Shown one piece after another: positions 1-11,949 of a stretch of DNA of 64,000 nucleotides. A program made the position numbers and the translations under genes. The DNA is from Octopus sinensis (lineage: Eukaryota), in NCBI RefSeq assembly GCF_006345805.1, contig NC_043005.1, positions 17,546,001-17,610,000 on the forward strand, read 5' to 3'. The notes under the pieces were generated by a model that saw only the letters and a list, made by a program, of their open reading frames with translations, searched no databases and was not told where the DNA came from. Position 1 is the first letter of the stretch; each line of letters opens with the position of its first letter.

Positions 1-46
1 AGTGTGAGGTGGAGGAACACAACCACAACACACACTTTCTTACATA

Positions 47-78
<32 letters not shown>

Positions 79-156
79 AATATATAGCCCTAACCCTAAC
101 CCTCATTCTATGATGTAGAAAATTTTTTAATAAAAGTGTTTTAGATGTGAATTTCC

Positions 157-920
157 TTGTATCTTGTCCTTTGGCAGCAGCCATGCTGGAGAACTGCCTT
201 AAAGGGTTTTAGTCAAAGAAACCAACCACAAGTCTTACTCTTTGTAAGCTCGATACTTATTCTATCAATCTCTTTTGGCAAACCAAGAATTTATGGGGAC
301 ATAAACACACCAGAATTGGTTGTGAAGCAATGGCAGGGAGACAAACACAGACACACACATGAATACCCATGAATACACACATATATTAAAAGAATTAAAG
401 GTAATGCTATGCAACTTCATAACAATCCTTATTATTGTCGCTGTTTAGTTACGTATTTAGGAGTTGGTTGTAATTTACTTATTGAATTTATTTACCGATA
501 CTGTTGTACATAGGGTAAATGTGTTTGAAAGTTATGGATTCTTTGGTTTGTTTGTTTCCAAACAACAGTCATTTTAGTGCTGTTGACACCACTGGATTGA
601 ACGGTACTGCCTAGGTGTCGAAACCATAATGATATCCGAGGGGCAGCTGATGATGGAGGTATTTTGGATTATTGGTATCGCTGTTTTTGTATATGTGGAA
701 TAGTATCATTGGAGTGTTGGTATGGCTGTGAATAGTATCATAACACATCCTTTTGATATATATACAATGGGCTTCTTTCGGTTTCCATCTACCAAATCCA
801 CTCACAAGGATTTGGTTGGCTGAAGACTATGGCAGAAGACACTTGCGCAAGGTGCCACACAGTGGAACTGAACTCAGAACCATGTGACTGGGAAGCACGC
901 TTCTTACCACACAGCCACAT
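157..920 (-). mobile_element. tRNA-derived SINE family 2 (CORE-like, internal microsatellite), split by an insertion at its microsatellite
   Basis: Tail half at 157-370 and head half at 768-920 match the full copies at 5564 and 13031. Confidence 0.7.
386..755 (+). mobile_element. Penelope-like terminal-repeat remnant inserted into the SINE (TA)n tract
   Basis: Non-SINE insert between the SINE halves. Degenerate hammerhead-like CTGTT-GACACC...GGTGTC-GAAAC at about 580-625. Confidence 0.35.
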
Positions 921-929
921 ATATGATGA

Positions 930-1070
930 GCATCTATTGGTTTCTATCTACCAAATCAATTCAAAAGGCATTGGACAGCCCAGGGCTGTAGTAGAAGACA
1001 CTTGCCCAACATGCCTTGCAGTGGGAGTGAACCCAAGACAACATGATTGAAAACCAAGTTTCCCTACCAT
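930..1070 (-). mobile_element. SINE family 2 head fragment (tandem second copy)
   Basis: ctaccaaatc...gaagacacttgccca...gaacc...catg matches the family head. Confidence 0.6.
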
Positions 1071-1200
1071 ACAGTCATGTCTGCACATATATATATCTAA
1101 CTTTGCAGGAAAAAAATCTAATTTTCTTTATATATAAACAAAAAACGAATATAAAAAAAAATGTTAACAAAAAAACTGAGAGCAAATATCATTACATTAC

Positions 1201-1360
1201 CTCCGATTGTAGCTTCTGTGCTTTCAAATGCTCCTTTGATAAAGCGAACCACTATACTGGACTTGCCAACTCCTTGGTCACCTAACAACACTATTTTGAC
1301 TAGATGAGCTGAAGGTGACTTCTGGCCATCACTGTTATTTCCCTTGTTCTTTGACGCCAT
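1201..1360 (-). CDS. First coding exon of a Rab5-group small GTPase (Rab5/17/20/22-like); remaining exons lie outside the window to the left
   Basis: MASKNK...[35 protein letters not shown]: G1 P-loop GDQGVGKSS and switch-I TIG. GT donor at 1200-1199 (G|GTAATG) in phase 1 directly after TIG, where Rab5-group genes typically have an intron. ORF residues after this point are intronic. Confidence 0.9.
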
Positions 1361-1409
1361 CAGTGTCCACTATTAGTCAAATATTTCTGCAATGTCAACT
1401 GGATTAATT
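1361..1409 (-). other. 5' UTR part of the Rab start-codon exon with splice acceptor
   Basis: On the minus strand a long CT tract (1420-1510) ends in ...TTTAAACCAG| at 1411-1410. An alternative acceptor TTGCAG| lies at 1388-1387. Implies an upstream non-coding exon. Confidence 0.6.
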
Positions 1410-1589
1410 CTGGTTTAAAGAGAGAATGAGAGTGAGAGAGAGGAGGGAAGTGTGAGAGAGAGAAAGAAAGAGAGAAATAGAGAGGGAGAGAGAGAGAGAG
1501 AGAAAGAAAGAAAGTAATATAATTATTTGGTGGGGTACTGGCAAAACTTAGTAAAATCATTGGACAAAATTCTTGCAATATTTAGTTAC

Positions 1590-1828
1590 AGCGGCAACGA
1601 GCTGGCAGAATTGTTAGCATGCTGGGCGAAATGCTTAGCAGTATTTCACCTGCCACTACATTCTGAGTTCAAATTCTGCCGAGGTCGACTTTGCCCTTCA
1701 TCCTTTCGAGGTCGATTAAATAAGTACAAGTTATGCACTGGGGTCGATGTAATCGACTTAATCACTTTGTCTGTCCTTGTTTGTTCTCTCTATGTTTGTT
1801 CTCCCTTGTGGGCAATAAAGAAATAAAT
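1590..1828 (+). mobile_element. tRNA-derived SINE family 1
   Basis: Head GGCxxCGAGCTGGCAGAA, B-box GAGTTCAAATTC, central CCTTCATCCTTTCG-GGTCGA..AAGTAC block, tail GGGCAATAAAGAAATA. Confidence 0.85.
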
Positions 1829-2276
1829 ATTTAATTACAGCCTGTTATGTTCTGAGTTGAAATTCCACCAAAAGCATCTTTACTATTCGTCCTTCAAGAG
1901 TCAATGCAATAAAGTTCCAGGTGTATACAGAGGTTAACCAAATTGAATATACCTTTCCCTATATTTGAGATAATGTACTGATGTGAGAAATCAGCATTTT
2001 ATGGCATTGTTAAGCTGAGAAAAATTAGTCTTTATAAGTATGATTTGAAATTATAAGTACCAAGACAAAAAGACAGCATCTGGCGGTCTTACTGGCCACT
2101 GCCAGGACAAATTTCTCAATCTCTGATATTTATTGTTTTTAACACAGCAAGATGATGAGAGATGTTATCTCAGGACAAATACTGCAGTAAATGTGTATAC
2201 TTTAAGTATGAGGCATAGATAGCTTTTTTAATTAAATACTGTTTCAGTTGCATTACTGTAGCACTTATACAATATG

Positions 2277-2508
2277 TATTTCTTTACTACCCACAGGGGC
2301 TGAACACAGAGGGGACAAACAAGGACAGACAAATGGATTAAGTCAATTACATCGACCCCAGTGCGTAACTGGTACTTAATTTATCGACCCCGAAAGGATG
2401 AAAGGCAAAGTCGACCTCGACGGAATTTGAACTCACAACGTAACGGCAGACGAAATACGGCTACACATTTCGCCCGGCGTGCTAACGTTTCTGCCAGCTC
2501 GCCGCCTT
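2277..2508 (-). mobile_element. SINE family 1, full length
   Basis: Reverse complement of the 1590 and 25887 copies. Confidence 0.85.
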
Positions 2509-3045
2509 ACAATATAAGCATCAGTTTGACACAATAAGTAGCATTTAGCACTATAAATTCCATTTAACATTATAAACACCAATTTTAGGAAAGCAGATAA
2601 TTAACCAAATGGCTATGTATCAATGGGCTGTACATACTTACTCAGTCAGGACTGACCAGGTGTTGCACAACAAGAAAGAAAAGAGCTACAAGTCCATTGT
2701 TTGAGGGGAGGGGAAATAGCAAGCATTCTGTTGTGGAATTTTAATAGTTGACCATCAACCAGCCAATACATGGTTCAAATCTTATCAGCACTCAAATTAG
2801 TGTTTATGTTTATCTATTATTTACAGTTGAAATCTTAACAGTTAATTTAAAATTCCTTTATATAGATGAGATTTAGATGAAATTTATTTAAAGATAATCA
2901 TACATGCCTCGAAAATTTTGTTATTTGATAAAAATTCTCTCTGTCGAAGAAGCTTGAAACAGCAAAGTCCCACTATCAAGAATGGCAAAACTGACACCAA
3001 GAAACTACATCAAAGTGGCTGAAGGAAGATTCATGCAATGATATC

Positions 3046-3320
3046 ATCATCATCATTTAGCGTCCGCTTTCCATGCTAGCATGGGTTGGACGGTTCAACT
3101 GGGGTCTGTGAAGCCAGAAGGCTGCATCAGGCCCAGTCTGATCAGGCAGTGTTTCTTCGGCTGGATGCCCTTCCTAATGCCAACCACTCCGTGAGTGTAG
3201 TGGGTGCTTTTTACGTGCCACCCACACAGGTGCCAGACAGAGCTGGCAATCGGCCACGGACGGATGCTGCTTTTTACGTGCCGCCGGCACGGGGGCCAGG
3301 CGAGGCTGGCAACGGCCACA
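3046..3320 (-). mobile_element. RTE-LINE 3' tail copy ending in (GAT)n
   Basis: Matches the 3' UTR of the RTE at 36575-37660. Confidence 0.75.
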
Positions 3321-4260
3321 ATCGAACTACCTTCTTTAGAGGCAAGGACAAAAGGTTGTCCGTAGTATTGTTCAAATATCTATATGATCTCTTGATGACA
3401 ATAATGATGATAAATGGAGGAAAAGAGAAATAGACAGACCGCGCATCAGTGGAACAAGAAGGTGTCAGCTACATACCACAGAGAAAGCTACAATATTGTA
3501 CAACACAAATTTCATATGATTACCAAAACACTTGTTCAGAATTTTTCAATGAATGCTATCACTTCTATAAGTACCTATTAGATTTTTGGCATCCTACATC
3601 CCCATCAGATTAATTCTGAATTACCTGTTAAGGTTATGACATAAGACAACAATGTCATTGAATAAGCAACCAAATCAAATAGCTTTTGAGAAACCTCTTT
3701 CTTATGAACTCAGTTACTCCAGCCATGAAACTATACTGTTTATATGATATCTCAATGATATTTTTTCATCTTATGAATGATGACGGATAAGAAGTTCACT
3801 ATCATTGCAAGAAATAAACTTTGGCTTTCAGAATAAGAGTATTGAATTCCTTGTGCTAATAACAGATTTCTTACAATAACTGACTCAGCCTCAGATATTC
3901 TACCTCTCTCCCTCTACTCCTCCCTCCTTACCTTTATACATATTTTTATAACTCCTCTTCTACTCTTCTCCATCTTTCTAATTTTATTGAACTTACATAT
4001 ATTTATAAACACTATTCTCTCCTAAGCCATTTGTCTACATCTGATGAGGATATCATGACTGCAAGAATCTATCAAAATCCATGCAAGTTATCAATTATTT
4101 GAAACAGCAGTAAAGATAAGACTTGATTATATCACATAGATTGTATATGCAACTTTTCTTATATGAAACTCTTCATATACCAGGTTGAGTCAAAAGTTTT
4201 TCGTATTTTAAGCTTTAATAAATAACTCAAACAAATTGTGTATGCAAGGCATTTATTTAT

Positions 4261-4448
4261 CTGTGCGGGTGGCACGTAAAAAGCACCCACTACACTCACG
4301 GAGTGGTTGGCGTTAGGAAGGGCATCCAGCTGTAGAAACATTGCCAGATAAGACTGGAGCCTGGTGCAGCCTTCTGGCTTCCCAGATCCCCGGTCGAACC
4401 GTCCAACCCATGCTAGCATGGAGAACGGACGTTAAACGATGATGATGA
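4261..4448 (+). mobile_element. RTE 3' tail copy nested in the mariner
   Basis: GGTGGCACGTAAAAAGCACCCACTACACTC...GGACGTTAAACGATGATGATG. Confidence 0.8.
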
Positions 4449-5563
4449 ATATATTCCATCACACAATATTGTTTCTTACCATCATTATGCCAGAAGCTCA
4501 ACTCCACATTTATATCATTTGGCTGGTTTAGAGGCAAAAAAATACCCTGCATCTGTTCTCAACCTCATCCGCATTGTTGAACATCTGCCAATGCAGGAAG
4601 TGGGCCATGACTTGAAAAAGATTAGACTGTAGACAGGGTAAAGCAGCACTCCCAGCCCTTCAAGTTCCTCACATTTGCATTTGGTCATATTGGCAGTGTG
4701 TGCTGGGGCATCGTCGTATTGTAGGAGTATGCATCTTTGAATGACCAATGCTGGGAAGTAGGCTTTCAAAGCATCATGTACTCACTGTAGTTGTTGAGCA
4801 TAAAGGTTAGCATTCACAGCATGACCATCTGGGAAAACTCAAAGTACAACATCCCCTCAGAATTCCACCGAACACATGAAATGACCTTCTTTTAAAACTG
4901 CCATTGTTTAATAAGAGATTCTGAAGCTTGACCAGAATGATGTCACTGATTTCTCTGATTAGAATTATGAAAATAGATACATTTTTCATCCCAAGTTAGA
5001 ATTCAACACTAAAAACGGGCATCTCGAGGATTTGCCAGCAGTTGCTTGCAAATGTTCAGATGTCGTTGAGCCTGGTCATTGGTCAGTTCATGACAAGATT
5101 CTCAGCAGTTTCTGTTCACAAGTCTGAGCTTATAGATGTGTCGACTGATGGGACTTTGTGAATGATCAAGTTCTGCTCACAATCTAAGAATGCTTTTGTT
5201 TGGTTGTTGTTCAACCATTTCATGCAAGGCTACAACTTCCAAAACTGAAGGTCTCCCTGATCTTGGTTTATCTTCGAGGCTGGTGTCACTATCTTTGAAA
5301 TATCTGAACTAGTTTCATACCACTCATTCATTGACAGTTCCTGAGTCTTCCACATCGTTAGTTTCTTTGACCATTGCTCTTGCACTCACTCTTTTTCACC
5401 ACAGATATTGTAAAATGGTTCTAATTGCAATTTTTTTCACCACTCATTATCAAAGCTGTAAAATAAAGAATAAAGTACTAACGTTTATCTGTTACATATG
5501 AAAATACAGAATAAGTAATTCAGCAATGACTAGACAACAAGTTGTGTCAATATAATGATGTAT

Positions 5564-5970
5564 AGGCGCAGGAGTGGTTGTGTGGTAAGTAGCTTGCTTA
5601 CCAACCACATGGTTCCAGGTTCAGTCCCACTGCATGTCACCTTGGGCAAATGTCTTCTACTATAGCCTCGGGCCGACCAAAGCCTTGGGAGTGGATTTGG
5701 TAGACGGAAACTGAAAGAAGCCCGTTGTGTATATGTATATATATATATGTGTGTGTGCGTGTATGTTTGCGTGTCTGTGTTTGTCCCCCTAGCATTGCTT
5801 CACAACCGATGCTGGTGTGTTTATGTCCCCGTCACTTAGCGGTTCGGCAAAAGAGACCGATGGAATAAGTACTGGGCTTACAAAGAATAAGTCCCGGGGT
5901 TGAGTTGCTCGACTAAAGGCGGTGCTCCAGCATGGCCGCAGTCAACTGACTGAAACAAGTAAAAGAGTAA
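5564..5970 (+). mobile_element. SINE family 2, full length, nested in the mariner
   Basis: Head GGCGCAGGAGTGGTTGTGTGG, B-box GGTTCAGTCCC, CORE-like ACCTTGGGCAAATGTCTT, internal (TA)n(TG)n, tail GACTGAAACAAGTAAAAGAG. Confidence 0.85.
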
Positions 5971-6103
5971 CATGGAGATACATGTTGCCAAAAATCAGCT
6001 GTGAAAAGCCGAAAAATCCTTTGACCCAATCTGGAATATATGTTCTTCACACCTGTTATTGTTTGTCTGTCTCTTCTATTCATATATAAATATATCTAGA
6101 TCT

Positions 6104-6339
6104 ACCTATTTCTTTACTACCCACAAGGGGCTAAACACAGAGGGGACAAACAAGGACAGACAAACGGATTAAGTCGATTATATCGACCCCAGTGCGTAAC
6201 TGGTACTTATTTAATCGACCCCAAAAGGATGAAAGGCAAAGTCGACCTCGGCGGAATTTGAACTCAGAACGTAACGGCAGACGAAATACGGCTACACATT
6301 TCGCCCGGCGTGCTAACATTTCTGCCTGCTCGCCGCCTT
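6104..6339 (-). mobile_element. SINE family 1, full length
   Basis: Family match. Confidence 0.85.
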
Positions 6340-6902
6340 AATATATCTACATCTACCTATCTTTCTATCTCCCTATCTATCTCCATACATATTTGTTTAT
6401 TTATATGCATTTCCAACCCATGGCAAGCATGGATGATGAATGTTAGAACACACTGCTGATATTGTGCGAGTGTGTGAGTGTCTATGTGTGTGCATACAGG
6501 ATTACACATAAGTCACAAACAAGAGAATCATAAGGCAAGTATTTTATTTCAAAATGCATTAAAGAACTGATTTTGGCCAACAAAGGACACAGGAAATCCA
6601 ATTAAACTTGAATTATTAACTTGGAATTATGAAGCACTTTTAGAGCCATGGAGTTAAGTTGGCCAGTGCCTTAAACATGAATTACTAATTAAAAAATACT
6701 AAAAAGACAATTTATCTCTCATGTAATTTCAAATAATATTTTAATTCATGTTTTGTCTGTTTGTTTGTTTGTTTTTTTCTATTTTTTTCTATTTCTATTT
6801 CTATTTTGCTTTCAGCAATTTTAATTAACCTTTTTGTTAATTATATTTATCTCCTCTTACTGACATTACCAACTCACTGCTTTATCATGATCTAGTCTCA
6901 CT

Positions 6903-6951
<49 letters not shown>

Positions 6952-7134
6952 GCGCAAACACACACACACACACACGCAAACACACGCACACACACACACG
7001 TGCATATGTATAGTTGCAAACAGCCCGGTCAGGAGACTGTCAACTTTGATGTAATAAACATACATATATACACACACACACACACACATGCATGCATATA
7101 TGTGTTTATTATATATATATTTATACATATACAC

Positions 7135-7476
7135 ACACACATACATGCATACATACACACTCTAAACTTTATATGGAGAAAAATACATAGATTTTAGCCA
7201 TCACTGTAACTGAAAATTAATTATATTAGATGCATTAGACTGTCGCAAATGTCTGTCATGTTTAAAGAACTGCAGACAGTAGAAGAAGAATTGACAGGAC
7301 TGTAGATTCAAACATCATTACATTCTAGTCATTACTCACCTAACTCTTCACTGACCAATGTCAAGGTGTATTTAGAGCCACAGTTGTTAAGTATAGATCT
7401 AAATTGAGTACAGATGCTATATTAAGCCTCTCGTATATTCCTGTGTACTCCCTACATACATACATACATACATACA

Positions 7477-7508
<32 letters not shown>

Positions 7509-8160
7509 CATACATACATACAATACACATTATATTATATAATGTGTATTGTATTATATATATTATATAATGTGTATTGTATGTATGTATGTCATCATTC
7601 AGATTTACTTCAAGATTTCTTGCCAGTAGAGAAAGAGCCAGTTTCTAACCTAGATCCAAGGCTCCTTCGTTCGAATTTTAGCATCAACAACAGGGTATGT
7701 ATGTATGTATGTATGTATGTATGTATGTATGTATGTATGTATGCATGTATGTATGTATGTATGTATGTATGTATGTATGTATGTATGTATGCATGTATGT
7801 ATGTATGTATGTATGTATGTATGTATGTATATATGTATGTATGTAGGGAGTACACAGGAATATATGAGAGGCTTAATATAGCATCTGTACTCAGTTTAGA
7901 TCTGTACTTAACAACTGTGGCTCTAAATACACCTTGACATTGGTCAGTGAAGAGTTAGGTGAGTGATGACTAGAATGTAATGATGTTTGAATCTACAGTC
8001 CTGTCAATTCTTCTTCTACTGTCTGCAGTTCTTTAAACATGACAGACATTTGCGACAGTCTAATGCATCTAATATAATTAATTTTCAGTTACAGTGATGG
8101 CTAAAATCTATGTATTTTTCTCCATATAAAGTTTAGTGTGTGTATGTATGCATGTATGTG
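7135..8160. repeat. Long near-perfect inverted repeat (fold-back); unique arms 7162-7454 and 7843-8136
   Basis: Manual comparison shows 4 mismatches in 293 bp (7333, 7394, 7404, 7433). The stem extends through the (TACA)n/(TGTA)n tracts. Confidence 0.95.
7591..7700 (-). mobile_element. 3' end of R4/Dong-like non-LTR element in the fold-back loop
   Basis: Matches 10845-10950 and the reverse complement of 22500-22595. Confidence 0.6.
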
Positions 8161-8200
8161 TGTGTGTATGTATGCATGTATGTGTGTGTGTATGTATGCA

Positions 8201-8245
<45 letters not shown>

Positions 8246-8261
8246 TGTGTTGTGTGTGCGT

Positions 8262-8381
8262 CAGCTGTAGAAACTCTGCCAGATCAGACTGGAGCCTGGT
8301 GCAGCCCCTGGCTTCCCAGACCCTGATCGAACCATCCAACCCATGCTAGCGTGGAAAACGGACGTTAAACGATGTTGATGA

Positions 8382-8385
<4 letters not shown>
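8262..8385 (+). mobile_element. RTE 3' tail fragment
   Basis: CAGCTGTAGAAACTCTGCCAGATCAGACTGGAGCC...AAACGATGTTGATGATG. Confidence 0.75.
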
Positions 8386-8472
<87 letters not shown>

Positions 8473-8939
8473 GTATATATATATACATACATACATACAG
8501 ATAGACAGACATACTCACCTACATACGCACATACATACATCATCATCATTATTTAATGTCCATTTTTCCATGCTTGCTTGGGTCAGACAGACTTTGTTGG
8601 GACAGATTTTCTATTGGCAGGTTCCCTTCCTGTTGCCAACTCTTATCTGTTTCCATGTAAGGTAATATTTTTTTCATGGCCAGACATGATTTTCATGGAA
8701 GACTGGAAATGAACAACACTGCTTGTATGACAGTGATGTTCATTCACAATCATCGTATGACATCAAGACAAGAGTACACACACACATGTATGTATGTATG
8801 TATGTATGTATGTATGTATGTATGTATGTATGTATGTATGTATGTATGTATGTATGTATGTATGTATCTATGTATGTATGTATGTATGTATGTATGTATC
8901 TATGTATGTATGTATGTATATGTATATAAATATATATGT

Positions 8940-9090
8940 TGGCATTAGGATGGGCATCCAGCCATAGAACCCATACCAGGACAGGTGATGAAGCCTGATG
9001 TGGACCCTGGCCTTACCAGCTCCAGTCAAACCGTCCAACCCATACCAGCATGGAAAACAGACATTAAATTATGATGATGATGATGATGAT
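8940..9090 (+). mobile_element. RTE 3' tail fragment
   Basis: GGCATTAGGATGGGCATCCAGC...(GAT)n. Confidence 0.7.
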
Positions 9091-10092
9091 ATATGTCCAC
9101 CACTCCTCGTTCACCTTCCTTTACGATCATCTATAATCCAAATGTCTCCTCACTATGGTTACCAAAATCTCTGTATATATAGAGCTGTTCTACATGGCAG
9201 TGAAGTATTGGCTCTGTAGTGACATGGAATGTTTTCATCAAAAGATGTCTCCAACATTCCCTTTGCAGTGAACAGAAGCCATATCCTCCAAATATCAAAA
9301 TATTCCAAGGTTATTGTAGAAGACACTAGCCCAAATTGTCACCCTGTGGGATTGAACCTGGAACCATAGAGGTGTCATTTATGTCCAGCCTTCATGACAA
9401 CATCTCCAACTTTGAAAAGATATAACTTTGCTTGGTGGAAGGTGACAGGAAGGACACCCAGCCACAGAAAATCTGCCTCAATGAATTCCATCAAACTTGT
9501 GCGAGCATGGAAGTGTGTACATTAAAATAATGGTAACGATGATGAATGCATTCAAATGAGAAGAGGTGGTCTCAGATGGATTGATATTGAAAGAGTTGAA
9601 CTAAGCAATAGGTAAAAATCTACCACAATATCAAAACCTAGAGTCCAGAAGTCACAAGAATTGAACTAACCACAGTGAGGAAGAGGGAAGAGCTGGTTGT
9701 CATCTGTTGAATGAAAACATTAAATTAGTTTCCTTCTTAATTAGCTTCATTAATGTTTACTAAAGATGATCTTCAAATAAAGCTAGATTGATAGTTCTGG
9801 AAAGAGCAACAAACTGAATCATTAATAAAACAAAACACAGCGTCAGAAGTGCAGTTGCAGCCAAACTGCGCAGATACTGAGCTGTAGAGTATCACTGTTG
9901 AAGGCTAAACAAATAACTTTTGACGAAACCTTAATAAGAAACAGACAATATATTGACAATGCAAAAAAGTGGAGGAGAGGTCAGTTAAGAGTGTTTTGAA
10001 TATCAGCTCACTGCTGAGGATACCTTATATGGTATGCATGGCTCATTATCTAGCTATTTATCTCTAAGTTTGTTTGTCTATATATATATATA

Positions 10093-10128
<36 letters not shown>

Positions 10129-10162
10129 CAAGAGAGATCATAATCATCATCACCATCATCCG

Positions 10163-10392
10163 TTTCTTTATTACCCACAAGGAGCTAAACATAGAGGGGA
10201 CAAACAAGGACAGACAAACGGATTAAGTCGATTACATCGACCCCAGTGCGTAACTGGTACTTAATTTATCGACCCCGAAAGGATGAAAGGTAAAGTGGAC
10301 CTGGGTGGAATTTGAACTCAGAATGTAGCGGCAGACGAAATACGGCTACGCATTTCGCCCGGCGTGCTAACTATTCTGCCAGCTCGCCGCCT
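10163..10392 (-). mobile_element. SINE family 1, full length
   Basis: Family match. Confidence 0.85.
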
Positions 10393-10699
10393 AAATATCA
10401 TCATCGTCATCATTTAACCCATTAATGCATAGTGTCCAGAAAAATGGATGCGGGTAAATATTACTATTGCTTGTTAAGTAAACTACGTATTGAGTTTATT
10501 TTTGGTATAGTCTGCCTCTAAACTAATGCTCTTTGAGGGAGCAGGTGCTGCATACAAATAAACCAACTATTCACATGTATGAAACAAGTAATAGTAATTT
10601 TTAATTTTACCTGCGTCCATTTTTCTGGACGCCTTGCATTAATAGGACATTGTTCATTTTCCATGCTGGTATGAGATGGACGTATTTAAATGCTAAACT

Positions 10700-10790
10700 T
10701 TAGGAAGGTTTTTATAAATTTTGACAGTCCCATTAATGGCTTGTATCTGTAATCTTCTAATTAGCTTTGTCCATTCTGGTGGTATCACCA
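10700..10790 (-). mobile_element. R4/Dong-like ORF C-terminal fragment
   Basis: Translates PEWTKLIRRLQIQAINGTVKIY, homologous to the 11055 and 22177 ORFs. Confidence 0.55.
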
Positions 10791-10844
10791 TCGATACTGT
10801 ATGCCTTAGGGTATACTGCATGGAGTATGTGTGTATGTCTGTGT

Positions 10845-11203
10845 GTCATTATTCAGTTTATTTCAAGATTTCTTGCCAATAGAGAAAGAACCAGTTTCTA
10901 ACCTAGATCCAAGGCGCCTTCATTAGAATTTCAGCATCAACAACTGGGTATGTATGTATGTATGTATGTATGTATGTATGTGCATGCAGATTTGTATGTT
11001 TTATGTATGTATTCTCATGCATATAGTTACATATCTAGACATGTTCATTTATATTTAAATGATAAATTTCTGGAAAGTTTTACAGATTTTTACAGTTCCA
11101 GTGATGGATTGGACCTGTAGCCTTTCAATTAGCTTTCCCCTTTCTGGTTTTGAGAAGCCTAATTTCTCAAGAATGGTATATAGGCAGTGTGTTACATATT
11201 GCA

Positions 11204-11205
<2 letters not shown>
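10845..11205 (-). mobile_element. 5'-truncated restriction-like-endonuclease non-LTR retrotransposon (R4/Dong-like)
   Basis: QYVTHCLYTILEKLGFSKPERGKLIERLQVQSITGTVKICKTFQKFII*, then a ~200-nt 3' UTR with internal (ACAT)n ending GAAATAAACTGAATAATGAC. Confidence 0.6.
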
Positions 11206-11240
<35 letters not shown>

Positions 11241-11949
11241 GCACACACACATGCACGTGCATACGTGCATGTTAGTAGACACCTGCTTAAAAAATTAATG
11301 GAACTACAATTTAAGCTAAAGGATTCAATACCATACAACAGAACAGAAATATCTGTTTTATTCAGATGATGATATGAGATTAGCCATGTTTCTTTCAAAT
11401 TTTCAATTCATCATATTCATATAATAATGCTGCATGAAGATTGACCAGATTACTTGCTCATAATTAATGGTTTCATACATCAACCATATTGTATCAATGT
11501 GTTCTTTTCATATCAAGGCTATAGGATATGATTTATGGAATGAAAAAATGAAAGACAGTTGCTGACTCACCAAACAGAAAAACTTTGAAGAGTGAATTAA
11601 ATGAAAATGTTTCCATGTTTCTGTTTTAGAAAAATCAGTGTAAGATGAGCAGATCACGTGACAATTTTAGGATCTTTTCAGACTGGTGACATTGATACAG
11701 CTGCTGTTTAGACGGAACAATTCTAGAGATTTGTGTCTGTATATAAAACAGGAGCAGAGAAGGAGGGAGTTCCAGAGGGTGTCATCAAGAGAGGAAGGAT
11801 TGGAAAAGTATGAGGAGTAGGATCTTGAAAGCCTGACATCGGAAAGGTGAGAGGAGAAGGGAAGATGGGAGGGATGAGTGTACTTAGGCAGAGTGGGTAA
11901 TTAGCTAGATGAGAGGTCCAGAGGCCATTGGTAGAAGAAGCAGAGAGGG

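Larger units (their letters stand above)
4178..6040 (-). mobile_element. Degenerate full-length mariner transposon with two nested retroelements
   Basis: TIRs TA-CCAGGTTGAGTCAAAAG-TTTTTCG (4178) and CGAAAAATCCTTTGACCCAATCTGGAATA (6010-6038). Broken transposase at about 4450-5445 with ILLQYDDAPAHTA (cf. HDNAPAH) and YFFASKPA. Confidence 0.8.

Noticed and set aside
88-103. (CCCTAA)x2.5 telomere-like repeat
   Set aside because: Too short to call an interstitial telomere; expected by chance among simple repeats.
1118-1200. C-terminal part of the 80-aa ORF ([11 protein letters not shown]...)
   Set aside because: Read-through into the intron past the GT donor at 1200; not a transmembrane Rab.
1590-1680. 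tRNA genes at SINE heads
   Set aside because: A/B boxes are present but there is no complete cloverleaf, and each runs into a SINE body.
7404-7937. 177-aa ORF and the many YI/CV/HT-repeat ORFs across the window
   Set aside because: Translations of (TA)n, (TG)n and (TACA)n microsatellites with no coding signal.
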